From Candidatus Eiseniibacteriota bacterium (GTDB taxonomy: Bacteria > Eisenbacteria > RBG-16-71-46 > CAVPCR01), in assembly GCA_963702435.1 (NCBI GenBank), contig CAVPCR010000001.1, forward strand, positions 1,152,001 through 1,216,000: DNA of 64,000 nucleotides, read 5' to 3'. A program made the position numbers and the translations under genes. The notes beneath the pieces are model-generated. The model was not told the DNA's origin. It worked only from the letters and a program-made list of their open reading frames with translations, and did not search any database. Positions 39,127 to 46,004 of this stretch are shown piece by piece (position 1 is the first letter of the stretch; every line of letters starts with the position of its first letter).

Positions 39127-39168
39127 TTACCGAGCGGTAAGTATATGGACGGCCGGCGACCCGGTCAA
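39127..39168 (-). promoter_or_regulatory. sigma70 promoter with an adjacent palindromic TetR operator
   Basis: TTGACC-N17-TATACT on the minus strand; palindrome TTACCG-AG-CGGTAA (39127-39140) abuts the -10 and covers the likely start site. Confidence 0.8.
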
Positions 39169-39244
39169 GTTGCGCGTTTTCCCGGCCGCAGACCCCGCGG
39201 GCGCGGCCGCCGCCGGGGCAGATCCTCCGGCCGGCGGCACCGTT

Positions 39245-39273
39245 TTGCCCGGGCGAGCAGGGTGGGATACTAT
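39245..39273 (+). promoter_or_regulatory. Probable sigma70 promoter of the beta-helix gene
   Basis: TTGCCC-N17-TACTAT, 17 nt before ATG 39291. Confidence 0.5.
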
Positions 39274-39290
39274 GCGGTCGAGGTCCAGCC

Positions 39291-40445
39291 ATGACGCGAT
39301 CCCCTCTTCCCGCTGTCCATTGCCTGTTCGTTCCCGCCGCCATCCTGCTCCTCGCCGGAGCAGGGACGGAGGCCGCGCGCGCCGCGCGCTTCGTGGTCCC
39401 CGACGACTATCCGAGCCCGGCCGCCGCGCTCGCCGCCGGCGCGAACACCGGCGTGGATACGGTGCTCGTCCGCTCCGGGCGCTATACCGATGTCGCAGTC
39501 TCCGACCTTCCCGGCGGCGGCGTGCTCGCCGGCGCGGTCCTCTACTCCGGCGTCTATCTTCTCGCACACCCCGAGAACGCCACGCCGCCCGTGATCGATG
39601 TCGGCGCCGGCGGCGACCGGGTCGCCATCGCGACCGCGGGCGATACCGACGTCACGGTGGACGGCTTCCTCCTCCCGGCCGGCCCCCGCCACTCGATCGA
39701 GGCGCTCGACAGCCGGATCGTCGTGCGCAACTGCTCGCTCGAGGCCGGCTTCCGCGCCAATGACTGCGCGACCATCGAACTCTCCGACAACCGCATCAGC
39801 GCCCCGGCCGGCGACGCGATCTTCGTCGAGAACTCGGGGCTCCTCCTCATCGGCAACGAGGTGAGCAACGCGCTCCGCGACGCCGTGACCTGGGTCTCGG
39901 TCGCGGGCGAGTTCGCCGCCGAGAACAACGCGATCCACGACAACGGCGGCTTCGGGCTCGTCGTCTCCGGGACCGGAGTATCGGCAGACATCCGCAAGAA
40001 TCTGATTCACGACAACCTGGAGAGCGGCATCTTCCTGACCTTGACGAGCAGCAACGCGGTGGTGGAAGAGAACACGATCTGGATGAACGGCGATGTCGGT
40101 GTGCGGACGACCGCCGGCGCCGCCATCACGGTCGCCCGCAACTTGATCGGCCGGAACCAGATCGGCCTCACCTGCGAGTCGGCCCTGACCCTCGACTGCA
40201 ACGACGTCTGGCAGAACACGGCGATCGACTACGACGGGCCTTGCGGCCCGCACCCGACCGACTTCGCGCTCGATCCGGAGTTCTGCTGCCCGGACGGATC
40301 CTGCTTCACCCTGCAGACCGATTCGCCGTGCGCCCCCGCCAACTCGGGCGGCTGCGGGCAGGTCGGCGCGCGACCGGTCGGGTGCGGCGCGGCCACGGTC
40401 GAGGGGGCGACCTGGGGCGAGATCAAGGCGCGGTTCCGGCGGTAA
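39291..40445 (+). CDS. Secreted right-handed parallel beta-helix (NosD/CASH-like) protein with Cys-rich TWGxIK tail
   Basis: Signal peptide, VVPDDYPS start, repeated NxIxxN...GI strands, C-terminus ...GCGAATVEGATWGEIKARFRR. Confidence 0.85.
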   Translation: MTRSPLPAVHCLFVPAAILLLAGAGTEAARAARFVVPDDYPSPAAALAAGANTGVDTVLVRSGRYTDVAVSDLPGGGVLAGAVLYSGVYLLAHPENATPPVIDVGAGGDRVAIATAGDTDVTVDGFLLPAGPRHSIEALDSRIVVRNCSLEAGFRANDCATIELSDNRISAPAGDAIFVENSGLLLIGNEVSNALRDAVTWVSVAGEFAAENNAIHDNGGFGLVVSGTGVSADIRKNLIHDNLESGIFLTLTSSNAVVEENTIWMNGDVGVRTTAGAAITVARNLIGRNQIGLTCESALTLDCNDVWQNTAIDYDGPCGPHPTDFALDPEFCCPDGSCFTLQTDSPCAPANSGGCGQVGARPVGCGAATVEGATWGEIKARFRR

Positions 40446-40479
40446 GCGCCGGCCCCCCTTCCCCTATAATCGCCCGACC

Positions 40480-41403
40480 ATGCTCCCGATCATCACCGCC
40501 CGCGGGCTCTCCAAGCGCTTCGGCTCGTTCACCGCCGTCAACGCGATCGACTTCACGGTCGCGCCCGGCGAGTGCTTCGGCTTCCTCGGCCCGAACGGCG
40601 CCGGGAAGACCTCGACCATGCGCATGATCTACTGCGCCTCGCCGCGCACCGCCGGGGAGCTCCAGGTCCTCGGGCTCGATCCGGAGCGGGAGCCGCGCCG
40701 GATCAAGCGAGACCTCGGCGTCGTCCTCCAGGAGGACCTCCTCGACGAGGCGCTCGACGTCGAATCGAACCTCGCCCTCTTCGGCGTCTACCACGGGCTC
40801 GACCGCCGCCGCGCCCGGGCCCGAGCCCGCGAGGCGCTCGCCGTCTTCGGCCTCGAGGAACGCGCCCGCGACAACATCCGGAAGCTCTCGGGCGGCATGC
40901 GGCGGCGGATCGCGGTGGCGCGGGCCATGCTCACCGAACCGCGCATCCTGATCCTCGACGAGCCGACGACCGGCCTCGACCCGCAGTTCCGCCACGATCT
41001 CTGGCAGCGCCTCCTCGATCTGCGCGCGCGCGGCATCACCATCCTCCTCACAACCCACTACATGGAGGAGGCGGAGCGCCTCTGCGACCGCCTCGTGATC
41101 ATGGACCAGGGGAAGATCGTCGCCACCGGGGCGCCCGAGGAGCTGATCCGATCCACCGTGCCGCCCGGCGCGGTCGAGGTGCGCGCGACGGCCGAGGAGC
41201 GGGCCCGCATCGCGGCCGGGCTGGCCGCGCGCTTCGGTGCGCCCGAGGCGTACTCGGACCGTCTTGTCTACTACACCGCGGACGGCGACGGCGTGCTCGC
41301 GGCTCTCCGCGCCGGCGGCTACGCGGTCCGCTCGGAGATCGTCCGCCGGAGCACGCTCGAGGACGTCTTCCTCCGCCTGACCGGCCGGGAGCTCGGCACA
41401 TGA
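40480..41403 (+). CDS. ABC-2 exporter ATP-binding subunit (NodI-like)
   Basis: GPNGAGKT, LSGGMRRR, ILDEPTTGLDPQ, TTHYMEEAERLCDR. Confidence 0.95.
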   Translation: MLPIITARGLSKRFGSFTAVNAIDFTVAPGECFGFLGPNGAGKTSTMRMIYCASPRTAGELQVLGLDPEREPRRIKRDLGVVLQEDLLDEALDVESNLALFGVYHGLDRRRARARAREALAVFGLEERARDNIRKLSGGMRRRIAVARAMLTEPRILILDEPTTGLDPQFRHDLWQRLLDLRARGITILLTTHYMEEAERLCDRLVIMDQGKIVATGAPEELIRSTVPPGAVEVRATAEERARIAAGLAARFGAPEAYSDRLVYYTADGDGVLAALRAGGYAVRSEIVRRSTLEDVFLRLTGRELGT

Positions 41404-42197
41404 CGACCACGTCCGTGACTCGCCCCTTTCCCTCCCGCGCGCCGAGCCTCGACGGCGCCGCACGCGTCTGGCTCCGCAACGCGACCGTCTACCGCCGCAC
41501 GTTCAAGTTCAACATCGTGCCGAACTTCTTCGAGCCCGTGTTCTATCTCCTGTCCATGGGCATCGGCCTCGGCGCCTACGTGGCGGGGGTCGCCGACAGC
41601 TATCTCGCCTGGGTGGCGCCGGGGCTCCTGGCGGCGAGCGCCATGAACGGGGCGACCTTCGAGGTCACCTACAACACCTTCGTCAAGATGACGTACGATC
41701 GCACGTACGACGCGATGCTCTCGACCCCGCTCGAGGTCGAGGACATCGCGCTCGGCGAGCTGGCCTGGGCGGTGACGCGCGCCGGCCTCTACGGCGCGGC
41801 CTTCCTGCTCGTGATGGCGCTCTTCGGGCTCGTGCGCTCGCCGCTCGCCCTCCTCGCCATCCCGGCCTCTCTCCTCATCGGATTCCTGTTCGCCGGGATC
41901 GGCATGGTCTTCACCGCGCTCAACAGGAACATCGAGCTCTACAGCTACTACTTCACGCTCTTCATCACGCCGCTCTTCCTGTTCTCGGAGATCTTCTTTC
42001 CGCTCGAGCGGATGCCCCTCCTGTTGCAGAAGGCGGCGCTCGCGACCCCGCTCTATCACGCGGTGCGGCTGTGCCGCTACCTCCTGCTCGGCGCGGGCGG
42101 GCAAGCGGCGCTCGTGAGCACGGTGTGGATGGTCGTGGCCGGCGCGATCCTCTTCGCGGTCGCGATCCGGCTCATGCGCCGCCGCCTCGTCACGTAG
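41400..42197 (+). CDS. ABC-2 exporter permease (NodJ-like)
   Basis: VWLRN, EPVFYLLSMGIGLG, YDAMLSTPL, ITPLFLFSEIFFP; ATGA overlap. Confidence 0.92.
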   Translation: MTTTSVTRPFPSRAPSLDGAARVWLRNATVYRRTFKFNIVPNFFEPVFYLLSMGIGLGAYVAGVADSYLAWVAPGLLAASAMNGATFEVTYNTFVKMTYDRTYDAMLSTPLEVEDIALGELAWAVTRAGLYGAAFLLVMALFGLVRSPLALLAIPASLLIGFLFAGIGMVFTALNRNIELYSYYFTLFITPLFLFSEIFFPLERMPLLLQKAALATPLYHAVRLCRYLLLGAGGQAALVSTVWMVVAGAILFAVAIRLMRRRLVT

Positions 42198-42226
42198 CGG
42201 CGAGCCCCACGCAATCCACCGGCCCG

Positions 42227-42487
42227 CTATCCCCCGCTGAGCGCGCAGATGATCTGCACCTCGGCGCCGGGCGCGACCGGCGCGGCGAGCCCGGTCGCCA
42301 TCTCACCGCCGACGAAGAAGCGGATGTGCGGGCGGATTCCGTCCTGCTCATCCACCACCCGGAAGCGGAGGCCGGGGAAGCGGGCGTCGAGATGCGCGAG
42401 CACCTCGCGGAGCGTTCCCCCTTCCGCCTCGACGGCCGATTGTCCGCCCGTGTACGAGTAGAGCGGCGTCGGGATCAGGACCTTCAT
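42227..42487 (-). CDS. MoaD/ThiS-family ubiquitin-like protein
   Basis: MKVLIPTPL...LDARFPG...IRFFV...ALSGG with C-terminal di-glycine; 86 aa. Confidence 0.92.
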   Translation of the reverse strand: MKVLIPTPLYSYTGGQSAVEAEGGTLREVLAHLDARFPGLRFRVVDEQDGIRPHIRFFVGGEMATGLAAPVAPGAEVQIICALSGG

Positions 42488-42498
42488 CGGGGGCGCCC

Positions 42499-43698
42499 TC
42501 AGCGCACGGTCGCGGCGACGACCGAGAAGATGTGCGGCAGGTGCGCCGCGATCGAGCGCCAGCGCCGGCCCTCGTTCGTGGAGGCCCAGATCTCGCCCGA
42601 AGTCGTGCCGAAGTAGAGGCCGACCGGATCGCGATCATCGGCGGTCATGGCCTGCCGCTTGACGGTGAACCAGGCCTGCATCCCGGGGAGACCCTGATCC
42701 TGGCGCTTCCACGACTTCCCCGCATCGCGCGTGCGATAGACGGCGGGACGCCCCGCCGGGCTCGTGCGCGGCCAGACATCGGTGCCGTCCATCGGGAAGA
42801 CCCACGCCATGTCGGGATCGCGCGGGTGGACGACGATCGGGAAGCCGATGTCGCCGACCTTCTTCGGCATGTTCTTCCCGATCCGCTCCCAGGTGTCGCC
42901 GGGGCGATCGAGGCGATAGATGCCGCAGTGATTCTGATGGTAGAGGCGATCGGGATTGGCCGGATGGAGGACGACGCAGTGCGGGTCGTGCCCGTACTCG
43001 GGATCGGGCGTGGGGATGAAGTCGGCGGCGACGCCCTTGTTGAGCGGAGCCCACGACGCGCCGGCATCGCGGCTCTCGAAGATGCCGCCCCCCGACATGC
43101 CGAGATACAGGTGCGCGCGATCGCGCGGATCGACGAGGATCGAATGCAGCTTCGGGCCGTCCGGCGTGCCGTCGCTCGGACTGATCCACTGCGGGAGCAT
43201 CGGGTTCTCGTTGAAACCCGGGACTCCGTGCCAGGTACTGCCGCCGTCCTCCGAGCGGAAGAGGCCCTGCGGCGAGCTGCCCGCATACCACACGCCGGGC
43301 TCGCTCGCGTGGCCGGGCGTGAGCCAGAAGACGTGATCGACGACCCTCCCCTTCACACCCTCCGGGGCCCTGGGGAAAGCGGGCGGGGCCGCGGCTTCCT
43401 GCCAGGTCTTGCCGCGGTCGGTCGAGCGGAACACAGTCGGTCCGAGATGACCCGTGCGCGCCGCCATGAGGAGCGTCGTGCCGTCGCGCGGATCGAGGAC
43501 CAGGTGGTGGACCAGCGAGCCGAGGAAGTGCGGCCCGTCGATGCGCCAGCTCCGGCGGGCCGGGTCGCTCTTCATAAGGAAGGCACCCTTCCGCGTGCCG
43601 ACGAGGAGCACGGTGCGGCGCCCGGTGCGCGCCGCCTTCTTCGCGGCAGATCGCTTGCTGTCGGACTTCGCTTGCTTCGCGTTCGCCTTCTTGGCCAT
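42499..43698 (-). CDS. BNR/Asp-box beta-propeller (WD40/YVTN/BNR-like), no signal peptide
   Basis: Repeated SxDxGxxW boxes, LLVGTRKG, DPHCV, YHQNHCGIY; start ATG 43698. Confidence 0.88.
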   Translation of the reverse strand: MAKKANAKQAKSDSKRSAAKKAARTGRRTVLLVGTRKGAFLMKSDPARRSWRIDGPHFLGSLVHHLVLDPRDGTTLLMAARTGHLGPTVFRSTDRGKTWQEAAAPPAFPRAPEGVKGRVVDHVFWLTPGHASEPGVWYAGSSPQGLFRSEDGGSTWHGVPGFNENPMLPQWISPSDGTPDGPKLHSILVDPRDRAHLYLGMSGGGIFESRDAGASWAPLNKGVAADFIPTPDPEYGHDPHCVVLHPANPDRLYHQNHCGIYRLDRPGDTWERIGKNMPKKVGDIGFPIVVHPRDPDMAWVFPMDGTDVWPRTSPAGRPAVYRTRDAGKSWKRQDQGLPGMQAWFTVKRQAMTADDRDPVGLYFGTTSGEIWASTNEGRRWRSIAAHLPHIFSVVAATVR

Positions 43699-43852
43699 CG
43701 CTCGATCCTCTCGCCGCAGCCGGCGTCCCACCGGCTCGCTGCATGGTCTGACGCCTGATTGCAGGGTTCCCGGGAAGGCGTCGAGGATAGCAAACGAATG
43801 CCCGCCGCGACAACGCGCGGCGGGCATCGCGAGCCTCCGGTGCAGTGACGGC

Positions 43853-44998
43853 TCACGCGTCAGGCGGCAGCGGCGGCGGGGTCGTATCGTTCGGGAAGTG
43901 GCGCGCGAGATCGGCGACCTCTCCGGCCCGCGCCCATCCCGTCATGCCGCCGGTCCACACGAGCGTGTCGCGGCGCACGCGTCCGGCCGCGATCGCCGCG
44001 ACCATCTCGATCGCCGTGTAGGGGCCGACCGACTGCCGGTTCTCGGCGACGTGCCAGGCGCCGCCCGGTGTCGCCGGCGGCGCCGGAGCGGGCGCGGCGG
44101 GCCAGGAGCTGCCGCCGGGCCCGGCGCCGGGCGCACCGCCGCCCATGCCTGGCAGCATCTGCCCCGCGATCGCCACCCCCATCCCGACGCCGACGCCGGC
44201 GCCGGCGAGCCCGCCGGCCGGATTGGCCGCCGCAGTCGGCAGCGACTGGCCGAGCTGGTACTCGCGATACTGGGCGAGGTTCCCGATCAAGTTCATGCTC
44301 GTGCAGGCATCGACCGCACGCGCCACCTCGTCCGGCACCGAGACGTTCACGATGTAGAGCTGCGGCACGTCGAGCCCGTACTCGTCGTCCACGCGTTCGA
44401 TCACCATCTGGCGCAGCTTCTCCGACAGCTCGCGGTAGCTGGACGCGAGATCCAGCACCGAGATGCCGGCGTTCGCGACCAGATCGGCGAAAGCGTTGCC
44501 GATGATCGAACGGAGCAGCACGTTGATCTCGTCCGTGATGAACTCGCCGTCGGTGCCCACGAGCTCGGTCATGAGGCGCCGCGGCTCGCGCACGGTGAGC
44601 GTGTAGCTCCCGAAGGCACGCACGCGCACCGGGCCGAAATCGGCGTCACGCATCAGGACCGGGTTCGGAGTCCCCCACTTGAGCTCGCTCACCTGGCGCG
44701 TGGTGACGAAGTAGACCTCGGCCTTGAAGGGGCTGTCGAACCCGTACTTCCAGCCCTGGAGGGTGCTCAGGATCGGGAGGTTCCGCGTGTCGAGCGTGTA
44801 GGTGCCCGGCTCGAAGACGTCGGCGAGCTTTCCCATGTGGACGAAGACGGCCACCTGGCCGGGCCGCACGATGAGCCGCGCCCCGTTCTTGATCTGATTG
44901 TGGTAGCGCGGGAAGCGCCAGACGAGCGTGTTCCGGCTGTCGTCCACCCACTCGACGATGTCGATGAACTCGGTGCGGAGCTTGGCGACGAATCCCAT
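43853..44998 (-). CDS. SPFH-domain (YdjI-like) protein with C-terminal GYF_2 domain
   Basis: FIDIVEW, KWGTPNPV, VRAFGSY; GPYT...LVWTGGMTGW...PPPLPP; start 44998 with GAGGAGG RBS. Confidence 0.88.
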   Translation of the reverse strand: MGFVAKLRTEFIDIVEWVDDSRNTLVWRFPRYHNQIKNGARLIVRPGQVAVFVHMGKLADVFEPGTYTLDTRNLPILSTLQGWKYGFDSPFKAEVYFVTTRQVSELKWGTPNPVLMRDADFGPVRVRAFGSYTLTVREPRRLMTELVGTDGEFITDEINVLLRSIIGNAFADLVANAGISVLDLASSYRELSEKLRQMVIERVDDEYGLDVPQLYIVNVSVPDEVARAVDACTSMNLIGNLAQYREYQLGQSLPTAAANPAGGLAGAGVGVGMGVAIAGQMLPGMGGGAPGAGPGGSSWPAAPAPAPPATPGGAWHVAENRQSVGPYTAIEMVAAIAAGRVRRDTLVWTGGMTGWARAGEVADLARHFPNDTTPPPLPPDA

Positions 44999-45061
44999 TC
45001 CAGTTGCCTCCTCGGTACGCGAGCGCGGCCGCGGGCCCGCCGGCGGCGGCGGCGCCACGGC

Positions 45062-45985
45062 TCACTTCACTGCGACCTTCACCAGCATTTCGAGCAGATC
45101 GACGACCGAGAACCGGTGCGGCGTCCCCGCGTGCCGATCGAAGAGCTTCTCCCAGCGCTCGCGGCTCTTCGCCCTCTCATTGGCCATCAGATGTTCGGCC
45201 GCGGCCAGCGCCTTGACCTGGCCGGCGCCCGGAAGGCGGAGCGCCGCAGCGGCCGCCGCGCCGGCGGCCGCCGCCGCCTGGGCCCCGCGCCCGCTCAGGA
45301 TGAAATCGGCGATCGCCCCGAGCTCGTCGGCGTCGAGCCAGGTGCCGTGCTCGGCGCACCAGTCGACGATCACGCCGGAGGCGCGGCCGAAGTTCCGCCG
45401 ATGCATGGGCGACTGGCACACCGGGCAGCGCCGGTAGACCACCTGGTCGGGGAAGGCGGCGCCGCGCGGCCGCCGCCGGCGAGCGAGCATCGGCTCGGCG
45501 GCCTTCTCGGCCTGCCAGGATTCGATCGCTCGCGCGACCAGCGTATCGAAGCTCTCCCCCGGCACCCACAGCCCATGGCAGTAGAGGCACTCGTGCCCGC
45601 CGAGGTCGCCGATCCCGCGGCCCTGCATGGGGCGCGCGCAGGATGGACAGAGGAGCGTCTCGCCCGCCGCCACGATCGGCTGCGGGGTGAACGCCACGCC
45701 ACAGCCCGCGCAGAAGCGCGAGCTCTCCTGGTTGCGCGCGTAGCACTCGGGGCAGATGAGGCTCAGCTTCCCCGGCTCACGCTCGACGACCGAGTCGCAG
45801 TAGCTGCAGCAGGCGCTGCCGGCGGCGAGCGCGGCCCCGCACGACGAGCAGCGTTGCACGGGCACGTCGACCGGCTCGGGGATCGTGTTCGCGATCTCCG
45901 CGCCGCAGCGACAGCGGACGTGCGAGTCGTCCACGGCGCTCACGTCGTACTGGACGTGACAGCTCTTGCAGGCGATGAGCCGCAT
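45062..45985 (-). CDS. Multi-zinc-ribbon protein (double zinc ribbon plus two zf-TFIIB-like domains)
   Basis: About ten CxxC/CxC/CxxH pairs; CPSCARPM...CLYCHGLW and CPVCQSPM...WCAEHGTWLD. Confidence 0.85.
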   Translation of the reverse strand: MRLIACKSCHVQYDVSAVDDSHVRCRCGAEIANTIPEPVDVPVQRCSSCGAALAAGSACCSYCDSVVEREPGKLSLICPECYARNQESSRFCAGCGVAFTPQPIVAAGETLLCPSCARPMQGRGIGDLGGHECLYCHGLWVPGESFDTLVARAIESWQAEKAAEPMLARRRRPRGAAFPDQVVYRRCPVCQSPMHRRNFGRASGVIVDWCAEHGTWLDADELGAIADFILSGRGAQAAAAAGAAAAAALRLPGAGQVKALAAAEHLMANERAKSRERWEKLFDRHAGTPHRFSVVDLLEMLVKVAVK

Positions 45986-46004
45986 CGCTCTCCTTCCTCG
46001 CTCC

